Source: a phage. Taken from it: a DNA stretch of 64,000 nucleotides. A model generated the notes under the pieces. That model had not been told where the DNA came from. It did no database searches and saw only the letters and a program-made list of their open reading frames with translations. Both the position numbers and the translations under genes were made by a program. The first letter of the stretch is position 1, and each line of letters starts with the position of its first letter. Of the stretch, positions 42,129 to 52,068 are shown piece after piece. Location: the sequence record PZ445488.1, one strand, 5' to 3'.

Positions 42129-43219
42129 CGTTATGTTCGATTGAGCTCGCTAATTCTCAACCCGTTCTCTTATGAACTGCTACATATTACTATGCAGACC
42201 AGACTATATCACAATCCCAGAGGGATTCTCCCCATTTCGAGTCGCTTGACCCTACGTCCGAAGACTAGTCGTTGAACCTTGCTTTGCAATTGTCGCCGTG
42301 CCATCGTTTATATGTTGATGGTGATAAATCTTTCTTATCACAATATGGACAATTCAATTGAATTCTATTTGGATTTAATTTACATCTGTCATTATGTTTT
42401 AGATAAAATCCAGGACCTTTACCAATGTGACCGCAGAAATCACATGTGATTTCTTTTTGTGCAGGATGGGTCCCGTTCTTAACCATTTCTAATGTTTTTG
42501 CTGATGTTCTTTTCTTATGGCCTTCTGACAAGAAATGATGTGAACCGTCATTTACCCGTTTTGATTGAGTTTCTGACTGCATTTTACCACCGCAAAATAC
42601 ATGAGTACCTTCTTTTATAGCTGCAATATTGCGTTCTTTAACTTTTGCAATATGCTCAGCTTGTTGAAAATTATGTATACCTAATGCAACTCTATTTAAA
42701 TTAGATTTACGCTGTATTTCACCGTCTAAAAGATGAAATGTACCATTTTCTATCTTAGATTTAATAGAGGCAATATTTTTAGCTCGTACTTCAGGGATAT
42801 TAAAAATCTGGATTTCTCTAGATTTTGCGGCTTTAGAAGCTAATTCAGAAATTTCTTCAGGAGAATATTTCATTCTAAGCTTTATAGCATGACAAGCCTG
42901 GTAATCTTTTTGAGCTAAATGTATATCATAATGTTCCTGTATAGAAAGGCACATCAAATTATCTAAATCATTATTTTCACGGTTACCGTCTTTATGATGG
43001 ATTTCGTATGTTCTTCCATCAGAATCTTTAGGTATAGGTCCGTTAGCATCTATCCAAATTTTTCTATAGTTCAATTGTGCATCCTCTTAAAAGTATAATC
43101 ATATTTATATTATACTAATTAAAGGTGCAAGCAAAACCTTGGCTGCTAGTTTTCCTATAAAGGACTTTCCAGCAATTAAAGGAGTTTTCTATAAACGTTA
43201 CCGTTTAAAGGCGCATTTT
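42129..43219 (-). mobile_element. group I self-splicing intron in nrdB carrying an HNH homing endonuclease ORF
   Basis: about 1.09 kb interrupts the otherwise contiguous NrdB reading frame; exon 1 ends in U, intron ends in G; a possible short P1 pairs exon GCGU with intron GCGC; carries the 269-aa endonuclease ORF. Confidence 0.75.
42265..43074 (-). CDS. I-TevIII: intron-encoded HNH homing endonuclease (I-TevIII-like, full length)
   Basis: 269-aa ORF inside the nrdB intron; N-terminal HNH core (EIHHKDGNRENNDLDNLMCLSIQEH) and C-terminal Cys/His zinc-finger-like clusters (CDFCGH, CPYCDKK); same length as the RB3 endonuclease as I recall it, whereas the T4 copy is truncated. Confidence 0.85.
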   Translation of the reverse strand: MNYRKIWIDANGPIPKDSDGRTYEIHHKDGNRENNDLDNLMCLSIQEHYDIHLAQKDYQACHAIKLRMKYSPEEISELASKAAKSREIQIFNIPEVRAKNIASIKSKIENGTFHLLDGEIQRKSNLNRVALGIHNFQQAEHIAKVKERNIAAIKEGTHVFCGGKMQSETQSKRVNDGSHHFLSEGHKKRTSAKTLEMVKNGTHPAQKEITCDFCGHIGKGPGFYLKHNDRCKLNPNRIQLNCPYCDKKDLSPSTYKRWHGDNCKARFND

Positions 43220-43895
43220 ACGCAAAAGATACATAAAAACGAATAGCTTCTAAGGCATTAATAACGTGTAAACAGAGGTAAAGAGATTTCATTAAAGCAC
43301 GTTTAGCTTCGGCTTCTTGTTTAATAGCTCGGTTTAAACGAAAATCAGCATCAGGAGATTCTTTAGCTAGTTCTACAAATTCTTTAGCATTTTCCCATTC
43401 ACGGGTTTTAATCAGAACGTCATCATAATAACGTCCAATGGATTCAGCGCGTTTCATAATAGCTTCATCTAATACAATTTCATCAAATACCTTCGATGGA
43501 TCGGTATAAAGATTTCGCATAATATGAGTATACGAACGAGAGTGAATAGTTTCACTGAATGTCCATGTTGCGACCCATGTATCTAATGAAGGGTCAGAAA
43601 TAAGTGCCATAAGTACCGCAGATGGGGCCCTGCCTTGGATAGAATCTAATAATGATTGATACTTAAGATTGTTTGTAAAGATGTCCTGTTGGAACTGAGG
43701 AAGCTTATTGAACTGCGCGGAGTCCAACATCAAGTTTACCTCTTCTGGGCGCCAGAAAAACGACAATTGCTTTTCAATAAGTTCTTCGAAAACTTTATGA
43801 CGCTGAATATCATACCGTGCGAGGCCAAGACCAGAACCAAAGAACATCGGCTCATTCAAAACATCGACTTGTTGCGTGTTAAAAACTGTACTCAT
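43220..43895 (-). CDS. nrdB: ribonucleotide reductase small subunit NrdB, exon 1 (N-terminal part)
   Basis: N-terminal 225 aa of NrdB ending ...EAIRFYVSFA; the in-frame stop seen in the track lies inside the intron; 3' boundary inferred. Confidence 0.85.
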
Positions 43896-43950
43896 TATAT
43901 TTTCTCACTTAGTTATTAACTCATCCATGAGTAAATTATAATCAAAAGTC

Positions 43951-46206
43951 TTAAAGCTTACAAGCAGAACAATCTTCAGCTTTAGGTGTTTCTAATTCAT
44001 AGTCATCTGTACCTGACCCATCACGAGTGTTATGATAGTAGAGGTTTTTTCCGCCAAAGTACCAGAAGTAAAGCAGATCGTCAAGCATTACCGACATTGG
44101 CACTTTACCTTTCTCAAATACTGCAGGGTCATAGTAAGTATTAGCAGAAGCAGATTGGCACACCCATTTCAACATGATAGCAACTTGAGTCAAATAAGGT
44201 TTATTACCTTTCTTAGCAAGTTTCCACGCGTAGTCGTAAAGACTCATGTTATGTTCGATATTAGGAACAACCTGACGGAAGTTGCCTTCTTTAGATTCTT
44301 TAATACTTACAGGTCCACGAGGTGGTTCTATACCGTTTGTGCTATTTGAGACTTGACTGCTTGATTCACATGGCATGAGAGCACTAAGTGTACTGTTACG
44401 AATTCCGTGTTCTTTGAGTTCAGCTCGAAGTTCTTCCCAGTCACAGACGTAGTTCGGGGCTGCGATTTGGTCAATCTTTTTATTGTACCAGTCGATAGGT
44501 AATTCGCCTCTAGACCATTTAGTGTCTGAATAATACTCACAAGGTCCTTTTTCTTTGGCGAGTTTGATTGAAGCTTTGATAAGGCCATATTGCAATCTCT
44601 CGAACAATTCATGAGTCAAATCGTTAGCGTCTTCATATGAAGCAAAGTTAGAAGCTAACCATGCAGCATAGTTCGTCACACCGACACCGAGATTTCGACG
44701 CTTTTTAGCTTTTAAAGCTTCTGGAACTGGATAATCTTGATAGTCTAACAGGTTATCAAGTGCACGTACTTGTACTTCAGCAAGTTCATTAATTTTATCT
44801 TGGTCTTGCCAATCAAATTTATCTAATACAAAAGCAGATAACGTGCATAAACCAATTTCAGCATCAGGACCATTCACATCATTAGTTGGAATAGCGATTT
44901 CACAACATAAGTTACTCTGTCGAATTGGAGCTTTTTCACGAATAAATGGAGTGTAGTTGTTCGTGTTATCAACAAACTGTGGATAAATTCGAGCAGTACC
45001 AGAACGTTCAGTCATGAACAATTCAAAGAGTTCTAGTGCTTTGATTCTTTTCTTTCTGATTGTTGGGTCTTTTTCAGCTTTCTCATAAAGCTCACGGAAT
45101 TTATCTTGATCTTCAAAGAATGAGTAATATAGTTCGCCTGACATTTCGTGAGGGCTAAATAAAGTAATATAATCATTTTTACCAAGGCGTTCCATCATGA
45201 GGTCATTAATCTGAATTCCATAGTCCATATGTCGAATACGGTTTTCATCCACGCCTTTGTTATTTTTCAGAACTAATAGGTTCTCTACTTCTAAGTGCCA
45301 CATCGGATAATACGCTGTAGCAGCACCACCACGAATACCACCTTGAGAACAAGATTTTACTGCAGTTTGGAAATGTTTCCAGAATGGAATAACACCCGTA
45401 TGTCGAACTTCACCCATACCGATCTTAGAACCTTCTGCACGAAGCATACCAACGTTGATACCGATACCAGCTCGTTTAGAAATATATTCAATAATTGATG
45501 CTGAAGTTTTGTTAATAGATTTTAACGAATCACCGGCTTCAATAACTACACAACTAGAGAACTGGCGAGTTGGAGTACGAGCACCTGCCATAATTGGAGT
45601 AGGCAATGAAACTTGATGAGTAGAAACGGCATCATAAAACCGAATAATATGTTTCAAACGGTCATGAGTTTCGTCTTGATGTAAGGCCATGCCAATAGCC
45701 ATGATAGCAAACTGTGGAGTTTCATAAATCTTCCCAGTTGTTTTATCTTTAACTAGATATTTTTCTTTAAGCTGCATAGCACCAGCGTAAGTCAGATCAA
45801 AATCTCGCTCATGTTTAATCCGAGAATCAAGATAAATGATTTCTTCTGCAGAATATCTAGATAACAACTCAGGACCATATTTGCCTTCATTAACACAATA
45901 CGAGATATGGTCGATAAAAGCAGGAGGTTCAAACTGACCATACACGTCTTTACGAAGCGCAAACATTAATCCTTTAGCGGCAACATATTGATAATCAGGT
46001 TCTTCAACAGAAATCGAGTTAGCTGCAACTTTAATACAAATCTTCTGAATATCTTTGGTGCTCATCCCGTCAACAAGATGGGTCTTAATTTCTTCGTACA
46101 ATTCATATGGGTCGATTTGTGTTCCTTCACATTGCCAAGTTAAGACTTGAATAATTTTCTGTGCATCAAAATTTTGTGATACACCACTGCTCTTAGTTAC
46201 TTGCAT
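43951..46206 (-). CDS. nrdA: ribonucleotide reductase large subunit NrdA
   Basis: 751-aa ORF; class Ia RNR alpha with ATP-cone N-terminus and C-terminal CxxC tail; T4 NrdA size (754 aa). Confidence 0.95.
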   Translation of the reverse strand: MQVTKSSGVSQNFDAQKIIQVLTWQCEGTQIDPYELYEEIKTHLVDGMSTKDIQKICIKVAANSISVEEPDYQYVAAKGLMFALRKDVYGQFEPPAFIDHISYCVNEGKYGPELLSRYSAEEIIYLDSRIKHERDFDLTYAGAMQLKEKYLVKDKTTGKIYETPQFAIMAIGMALHQDETHDRLKHIIRFYDAVSTHQVSLPTPIMAGARTPTRQFSSCVVIEAGDSLKSINKTSASIIEYISKRAGIGINVGMLRAEGSKIGMGEVRHTGVIPFWKHFQTAVKSCSQGGIRGGAATAYYPMWHLEVENLLVLKNNKGVDENRIRHMDYGIQINDLMMERLGKNDYITLFSPHEMSGELYYSFFEDQDKFRELYEKAEKDPTIRKKRIKALELFELFMTERSGTARIYPQFVDNTNNYTPFIREKAPIRQSNLCCEIAIPTNDVNGPDAEIGLCTLSAFVLDKFDWQDQDKINELAEVQVRALDNLLDYQDYPVPEALKAKKRRNLGVGVTNYAAWLASNFASYEDANDLTHELFERLQYGLIKASIKLAKEKGPCEYYSDTKWSRGELPIDWYNKKIDQIAAPNYVCDWEELRAELKEHGIRNSTLSALMPCESSSQVSNSTNGIEPPRGPVSIKESKEGNFRQVVPNIEHNMSLYDYAWKLAKKGNKPYLTQVAIMLKWVCQSASANTYYDPAVFEKGKVPMSVMLDDLLYFWYFGGKNLYYHNTRDGSGTDDYELETPKAEDCSACKL

Positions 46207-46294
46207 TATATTCCTCAGTATAGGTTGATAGACATTACTCCAAACGGGATAGTATTTATCCCGTTAATTTATTATACACTTTTAAACTGAAGCG

Positions 46295-46549
46295 TTAATT
46301 ATTCTTAGCAATAATTTCTTTGTATTCTTTAGGTGTCAAGACTGTGATATTGAAATAAACCAACGGTTCTTTTTCCATACCGTAACCACCACAAAATTCA
46401 CGATATTCATAAATTCGTTCGTGTGAATGACAAATGAATCGTTCACCTTTAACTGTGATTTCACTATTTGGTGAAGGGATATCCAGTTCGGTAGGATTTT
46501 TCATTTCAAAAATTGTGGTGCCATATGAATTAATAAAACGTAAAATCAT
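46295..46549 (-). CDS. hypothetical protein (between td and nrdA)
   Basis: 84-aa ORF; hairpin AACGGGAT-(7 nt)-ATCCCGTT and an early-type promoter (GTTTAA ... TATAAT) lie in the 46207-46294 gap. Confidence 0.45.
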   Translation of the reverse strand: MILRFINSYGTTIFEMKNPTELDIPSPNSEITVKGERFICHSHERIYEYREFCGGYGMEKEPLVYFNITVLTPKEYKEIIAKNN

Positions 46550-47410
46550 TTATACCGCCATTTTAGCTTTGATAGTTGGATGAGATTCGTAATTTTTAAG
46601 AATGAAATCACTCGGATTCATATGCTCTGTTACCCAATGAAGCTGTAATGTCGTGCTCCAATCAGAGAATCCTTCAGGCCAATCAATTTTAAGTTCACAC
46701 AGTTCTTTAGGCTCACGACGAAGAACTTCTTTGCACTGCTCTACATGGTTGCTGTAGATATGCGTATTGCCGCCTGAGAATACTAAATCACCCGGGATAA
46801 GATTACACATCTTAGCCACAATATGCGTCAAGGCAGCGTACGAGGCAATGTTGAACGGCAGGCCCAAGAAAACATCTACACTGCGTTGATACCATTGTAA
46901 ATCAAGATGACCATTACGCACATTAAATTGATAGAACATATGACAAGGAGGAAGAGCCATTTGGTCAATTTCGGCAGGGTTCCAGGCAGAAACAATTTGA
47001 CGACGATCAGTTGGTAATTTTTTAATACGGTCGATTGTTTCAACTAATTGGTCCACACCACCGAAATCACGCCATTGTTTACCATATATAGGACCAAGTT
47101 CACCACTATGATAACCAAGGTCTTTTGCCTGATTTTCGTAATTATCGTCCCAAATAGTTTTACCTTCAATTAGACTACCATGAGTACGAAGACGTAATTC
47201 ATTAACATTAGTAGAACCGGACATGAACCACAGTAACTCGGCAATACAAGCTTTCCATGCTAATTTCTTAGTTGTTACTGCAGGGAATCCTTTAGTCAGG
47301 TCCCAACGTAATTTAGTTCCGAACAGGGCAATTGTTCCTGTGCCTGTACGGTCGTCTGTTTCGTAGCCATTTTCTAGGATATCATTAATCAGGTATTGGT
47401 ATTGTTTCAT
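46550..47410 (-). CDS. td: thymidylate synthase (Td), uninterrupted
   Basis: 286-aa contiguous ORF; matches T4 TS (286 aa) as recalled, including the active-site PPCH motif; no intron. Confidence 0.94.
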   Translation of the reverse strand: MKQYQYLINDILENGYETDDRTGTGTIALFGTKLRWDLTKGFPAVTTKKLAWKACIAELLWFMSGSTNVNELRLRTHGSLIEGKTIWDDNYENQAKDLGYHSGELGPIYGKQWRDFGGVDQLVETIDRIKKLPTDRRQIVSAWNPAEIDQMALPPCHMFYQFNVRNGHLDLQWYQRSVDVFLGLPFNIASYAALTHIVAKMCNLIPGDLVFSGGNTHIYSNHVEQCKEVLRREPKELCELKIDWPEGFSDWSTTLQLHWVTEHMNPSDFILKNYESHPTIKAKMAV

Positions 47411-47994
47411 TTATATACGCTCTCAGTAATTTCGGTGAGTTCATCGATTCTGTAGTAATGAGATTCTACCATAGAACGTTGAAGCATAATATCTTGGATG
47501 AAATCTTTATCAAGTTGAACATCGGAATTAACACGACATTTCTTAATGATTTTAGTCATCACAATTTCATCGGCATAAGGCAGTGCTTGTTTTAATAAGG
47601 CAGGACCGCCGATAACAGATACATCAACATGTTCAGTAGAAAGTTTAAACGGTACGTCTGTTGAAGGGCCGAACAAGTTAATTTCACTACCAGTCACCAG
47701 GGTAATAAATTCTGCTTGGGTGATATAGAACCGTGCAAGTTCATCAGTTTTAGTCCTAGGCAGTTTTCTGGCCATATCAGTGACAACCACATGAGTACGA
47801 TCTGGTAGTAGACGAGGTAATGACGCAAAAGTCTTAGCACCCATAACCAATACAGTGTTTTTAGTGCGAGCAACAAAGTTACTCATATCTTGTTTGATAT
47901 GCTTCCATGGAAGTCCATCACCTAATCCAAAAGCATATTCTAGTTTATCATCAACTGTTTTAGATGGTGCGCATGCGAATACTAATTTAAGCAT
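47407..47994 (-). CDS. frd: dihydrofolate reductase (Frd)
   Basis: 195-aa ORF; matches T4 DHFR (193 aa) as recalled; ATGA overlap with td. Confidence 0.9.
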   Translation of the reverse strand: MLKLVFACAPSKTVDDKLEYAFGLGDGLPWKHIKQDMSNFVARTKNTVLVMGAKTFASLPRLLPDRTHVVVTDMARKLPRTKTDELARFYITQAEFITLVTGSEINLFGPSTDVPFKLSTEHVDVSVIGGPALLKQALPYADEIVMTKIIKKCRVNSDVQLDKDFIQDIMLQRSMVESHYYRIDELTEITESVYK

Positions 47995-47996
47995 TT

Positions 47997-48245
47997 TTAT
48001 TTCCTCAGATTTTTCTTAACAACTTTCCAATCAGCTTTAAACGATTCAACATCAGAGTGGTGAATCCAGAATCCTGCACTTTCACCATCTTCATAGAGTG
48101 GACATCCATCACATTCTTCGTTCCAACCCATTTCACGTAAAGCTTCTTCAGCTTGTTCAAGGAGTTCAGCATCTTTACCAACGATGTTGAAGTACCATTT
48201 ACCTCTAACTTCTGAATCTTTGATGCTCTGGCGTTGCAATCTCAT
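47997..48245 (-). CDS. hypothetical protein (T4 frd.1 region)
   Basis: 82-aa ORF preceded by an early promoter (GTTTAT - 17 nt - TATAGT) at about 48255-48300. Confidence 0.45.
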   Translation of the reverse strand: MRLQRQSIKDSEVRGKWYFNIVGKDAELLEQAEEALREMGWNEECDGCPLYEDGESAGFWIHHSDVESFKADWKVVKKNLRK

Positions 48246-48308
48246 TTTATTCTCCTCTTCACTTTTATTTGATAGGACTACTATAACATAGCCCTATCTT
48301 GTTATAAA

Positions 48309-48701
48309 CTACTTTTTAAAAGTTTTTTGCAAAAGTTTGATGATTTCGTCGACGTTGGTTTCATCTACGATACAATGGATTTTTGTTACACCTAAAGTTA
48401 TACCTTCGTTAGTAGGTTGAGGCTTTACTAAATCTACCTCAGTAAAGTATTTGAACTCGTCAGGATAAATCTCAAAATAAGTTTCAATTTCACCACCGGC
48501 AGAACATACCGTACCATCTTCCATAGTTACACTTACTACGTTTGACGTATCGCTATCATAATCAGGTTCCATTCCGTTTACAACAAAACTAGGCCCGTGG
48601 AGTTCAATCAATTTTAACATCTTAGCATTATTGTGTGGTGCTTCTTGAACAAAGTCATCTTTAAATAAAGGGTTAATGATATAAGATTTTCCGATTTCCA
48701 T
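48309..48701 (-). CDS. hypothetical protein (T4 frd.2/frd.3 region)
   Basis: 130-aa ORF preceded by an early promoter (GTTTAC - 17 nt - TAGTAT) and the conserved leader caacaacATGAGGAAA at about 48702-48770. Confidence 0.5.
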   Translation of the reverse strand: MEIGKSYIINPLFKDDFVQEAPHNNAKMLKLIELHGPSFVVNGMEPDYDSDTSNVVSVTMEDGTVCSAGGEIETYFEIYPDEFKYFTEVDLVKPQPTNEGITLGVTKIHCIVDETNVDEIIKLLQKTFKK

Positions 48702-48729
48702 TTTGATTTCCTCATGTTGTTGATAAGTC

Positions 48730-48762
48730 TATACTAACACATCCAGGGAAGAAGTAAACAAC
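48730..48762 (-). promoter_or_regulatory. T4 early-type promoter
   Basis: minus strand reads GTTGTTTAC - 17 nt - TAGTAT, then leader with SD. Confidence 0.5.
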
Positions 48763-48792
48763 TTTTTTTCAGCAATTTACAGATACTCAAAA

Positions 48793-48810
48793 GGGAGACC
48801 GAAGTCTCCC
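48793..48810 (-). terminator. intrinsic terminator hairpin GGGAGAC-TTCG-GTCTCCC after gene 32
   Basis: same 7-bp stem family; followed on the minus strand by CTTTTGAG; 7 nt after the gene 32 stop. Confidence 0.6.
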
Positions 48811-48816
48811 AATTTA

Positions 48817-49716
48817 TTATAGACCAGCTAACAGGTCATCGAGGTCGCCATCGTCAGAAGACGAGGAACTCATGAAGTCATCTTCAGTTTTTGCAGAACT
48901 AAAGGCTTCCATGTCTTTATCAAAATCGTCAAGGTCAGAAGCAACTTTATCTGCAACAGAAGCTGCTGCGGCTGCTGCACCACCAAGAGCGGCAGTACCA
49001 AGAACCTTAGCGAAAGATTCATTTAATTTTTCAAAGGACTTGAACTGGTCTTTAGCCGTCAAAGTAGTAAGGTCTACCATCTGGTCATATAGTTCTTTCT
49101 GGAATGCTTCGTCATTAATACGAGGAATTTCAGATTGACCCAAGAATTTAGATTCGTCATAGTTGCTAAAACCGGAAACCTGCTTAGCTTTCAGAACGAA
49201 GTTGGCACCTTCAAACGGGCAAGTAACATCAACCGGAGTTTCACCCATTTCGGTATCAACTGCAATCATTGCATTGATTTTGTCCCAAATCTTTTTACCG
49301 AAACGATATTTAAATACTTTACCTTCATTATCTGGAGCTTGAGGGTCTTTAACAACCAGAATATTAGCCCAATAAGAAGTTTTACGTTTCAGTTGAGAAT
49401 ATTCAGTTTTGTTGGTATTGTACAGGTCATTTTTACTAATGTACTGACATACAGGACAAGAGTCGTAATCACCATGTGTAGAAGAGCAATTTTCAATATA
49501 CCATTTACCATTTTTCTTGAAACCGTGGTTAACAAGAATTGCAAATGGTAGTGCGTCATCAGTTTTTGCTGGCAGGAAACGAATTACCGCTTGACCATTA
49601 CCTGATGCATCTAGCTTCAGCTTCCATTCGCCTTTATCTTCTGAAGAGAAACCTTTGTTACCGTTCAGTTTAGCCATTTGAGCAGCGAGGTCAGCAGTAG
49701 ATTTACGTTTAAACAT
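48817..49716 (-). CDS. 32: single-stranded DNA-binding protein gp32
   Basis: 299-aa ORF; matches T4 gp32 (301 aa) as recalled; acidic Ser/Asp-rich C-terminal tail. Confidence 0.94.
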   Translation of the reverse strand: MFKRKSTADLAAQMAKLNGNKGFSSEDKGEWKLKLDASGNGQAVIRFLPAKTDDALPFAILVNHGFKKNGKWYIENCSSTHGDYDSCPVCQYISKNDLYNTNKTEYSQLKRKTSYWANILVVKDPQAPDNEGKVFKYRFGKKIWDKINAMIAVDTEMGETPVDVTCPFEGANFVLKAKQVSGFSNYDESKFLGQSEIPRINDEAFQKELYDQMVDLTTLTAKDQFKSFEKLNESFAKVLGTAALGGAAAAAASVADKVASDLDDFDKDMEAFSSAKTEDDFMSSSSSDDGDLDDLLAGL

Positions 49717-49841
49717 TATATTTACCTTTATTTAGATTATTTAGATTATTTAATTTATTTACAGTTGGTTGCTACGACACTTATACCTCGTAGCTGGTAT
49801 GATTTATTTATAAAGTAATTTTAACACACAAGAAATAAAGC

Positions 49842-50495
49842 TTAATACTTACATGATTTGATTGTTTCTATGAACAATTTCTTAGCAGCATTTCCATCGA
49901 TTTGAAGTATTTTTCGATATGCCTTTAATTTGGTAGAATAATTTTGCCAGACTAAATTGTCAGTAAGTTCGTCATGCTTATCTATAATATTCAAGAATGA
50001 ATCCAACAACAAGAAGGTTTCAAATGAAATTATATTGCTTTGTAGCAATTTAAATATGTAGCTCGACTGAACTTTATTATTATAATCAAATATCTCTTGA
50101 AGCGCACTAACTTCCACTTTCTTACTGAAATAGTAGATGTTACGTACATCTTCAGCAAACGTCTCCTTGGCTTGTTTGAGACGTCCAATATATTCCCTAT
50201 AGAAAACTAATGCATCAGCGTCTGATATCTCACCAATCCATGCATCTTGGTTAGCAACTAAGTTACTGATGAATATCAAGGTGAGTTCCTTTAACTTATA
50301 TTTCTCTGCTAGTTTCTCAAAGAAATATTTATCTCGACGTTTTTGATACGCATTATCTGAAACACGCATGCACCAGTTATATTTGATTACGTCATACCGA
50401 CCATTAAAATGTTGTTTGCACATCAAGTATAGTTTGTATACCGATTTTCCGTTAATATAACGTTCTCCATCAGGAGGCATGCGTATTTTAATCAT
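49842..50495 (-). CDS. 59: helicase loader gp59
   Basis: 217-aa ORF; T4 gp59 size (217 aa) and position between 32 and 33. Confidence 0.9.
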   Translation of the reverse strand: MIKIRMPPDGERYINGKSVYKLYLMCKQHFNGRYDVIKYNWCMRVSDNAYQKRRDKYFFEKLAEKYKLKELTLIFISNLVANQDAWIGEISDADALVFYREYIGRLKQAKETFAEDVRNIYYFSKKVEVSALQEIFDYNNKVQSSYIFKLLQSNIISFETFLLLDSFLNIIDKHDELTDNLVWQNYSTKLKAYRKILQIDGNAAKKLFIETIKSCKY

Positions 50496-50830
50496 AATAA
50501 GAAATCTAACGTATTAGTTTTTTCACCACGAGCAACTGATGGGCGAAGCATGTTTTCGTCAATTGCTTCGCTTGTAATTTTTTCAACAATTCCTGTAGGA
50601 ATAAATTTAGCAAATTGCGTTTCTGGAATAGAATTTTCTTCCAAGAAAGCAGTTGTTGCTTCTAAATAAGACATACCAAATTGTTCAACCATAGATTCGA
50701 TAATGAATCCGTTTTCTTGACGGTCAAGCAATTTAGCGATATCATCTTTATCGTGTTTTACTGCTAATTCTTGTTCAGATAAACCGGCCTCATCAACCGG
50801 TTTAATATCACTTAGTGAAAACTGTGTCAT
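50492..50830 (-). CDS. 33: late transcription co-activator gp33
   Basis: 112-aa ORF; T4 gp33 size (112 aa) and position. Confidence 0.88.
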   Translation of the reverse strand: MTQFSLSDIKPVDEAGLSEQELAVKHDKDDIAKLLDRQENGFIIESMVEQFGMSYLEATTAFLEENSIPETQFAKFIPTGIVEKITSEAIDENMLRPSVARGEKTNTLDFLL

Positions 50831-51077
50831 AAAGCTCGACTACCTCTTCGTTTTCAGCTTCAAATTGGTCACGAGCATCTTTATGATAAAGAGCTAACAA
50901 ACGATTAAACATTTTTCCATCGACACCAAGCTCTTCTTTAGCACGAGTACGAATGTCTTTAATCAGTTCATTATAACCAGAAATTTTAAGTTTGTTATCG
51001 GAAGCTTCCTTGACTAGTTTAGCCAGTTCTTCACCATGCACATCTTGATTAAATTCAACTGCTTCTTTCTTAGCCAT
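50808..51077 (-). CDS. dsbA: double-stranded DNA-binding protein DsbA
   Basis: 89-aa ORF; T4 DsbA size (89 aa) and position between rnh and 33. Confidence 0.85.
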   Translation of the reverse strand: MAKKEAVEFNQDVHGEELAKLVKEASDNKLKISGYNELIKDIRTRAKEELGVDGKMFNRLLALYHKDARDQFEAENEEVVELYDTVFTK

Positions 51078-51084
51078 GTTTACC

Positions 51085-52002
51085 TCAGAATTCGTTAATT
51101 ACACTTGTTAATTTAGAAAGACCCGATTTTACAAAGTATGAATAAATCTTGCCTTTAGGTTGTTGTTTATACGAGTTATAATACTCTATAATGGTTGAAG
51201 CAATATTATCAGGGATATAATCAAAATCAATGAGAACCAAATTTTCTTGATACCGTTTATATTCTTCTGCGCTTAATAATACTTCAGCTTGAGAACGGTC
51301 ATTGGCAATTGCTTCAATAATCGATGTTTTCATACTCGGAGTTCGTTCACCATCAACTCTGGTAAACCAGAAGTCGCCACGAACTCGAACAGATGCAACA
51401 CCATCCTTACGGTCACCTTTAAGAATTTTAGTCATGCAATCAATTTCAGCAGAACCATTCTTAATTTTAACCCATTTTTTCTGAGGCGGAGACCACTGTT
51501 TAACGTTAGGATATTTGTGTAATTGTGTAAAGTCACCATCTGATGCAACAATACATACTTTATGTCCAGCTAATGACAAATATTTAGTTAATACACCGAT
51601 ATGGTCATCCGCTTCATACTTGTCAATGTCCATTACAACGTATGGCATGTATTTCTTAATCTCATCAACAACTTGATGGAGTGCAGTAAAATATCCTTCC
51701 CAATCCCACTTTGAAGCTTCACGATCGGTTTTACGATTTTTCTTGTAATAGTAAGCAAAATCACGTCGCCAATAACCTGAAGTAGCATTATCCATACACA
51801 ATACAAATTTTGTATAGCCTTGCTTACGGAACATCACTACGTTTTTACGAATTGAATTCAAGATTACATGGCGAACCATCGGAACAGTAATTTTATCGCC
51901 ATCTTCAAAGTTGTTTAACGCGGCTGCTAATGCAATGTTACTAAAGTCAGCAAGTGCAATACCTTCTTTGTAATCTTCATCCAACATCATTTCTAAATCC
52001 AT
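51085..52002 (-). CDS. rnh: RNase H (5'-3' exonuclease, FEN family)
   Basis: 305-aa ORF; matches T4 RNase H (305 aa) as recalled. Confidence 0.93.
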   Translation of the reverse strand: MDLEMMLDEDYKEGIALADFSNIALAAALNNFEDGDKITVPMVRHVILNSIRKNVVMFRKQGYTKFVLCMDNATSGYWRRDFAYYYKKNRKTDREASKWDWEGYFTALHQVVDEIKKYMPYVVMDIDKYEADDHIGVLTKYLSLAGHKVCIVASDGDFTQLHKYPNVKQWSPPQKKWVKIKNGSAEIDCMTKILKGDRKDGVASVRVRGDFWFTRVDGERTPSMKTSIIEAIANDRSQAEVLLSAEEYKRYQENLVLIDFDYIPDNIASTIIEYYNSYKQQPKGKIYSYFVKSGLSKLTSVINEF

Positions 52003-52034
52003 ATGAACCTCTTGTTCAGTTAGTCAACTTGACT

Positions 52035-52066
52035 ATAGTAACACACTCATTTGAAAGCGTAAACTG
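52035..52066 (-). promoter_or_regulatory. T4 early-type promoter upstream of rnh
   Basis: minus strand reads GTTTAC - 18 nt - TACTAT, back-to-back with the gene 34 late promoter. Confidence 0.5.
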
Positions 52067-52068
52067 GT

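Noticed and set aside
46550-47410. Expected group I intron (I-TevI) in td
   Set aside because: The thymidylate synthase reading frame is continuous over its full length with all conserved blocks in order; no insertion is present.
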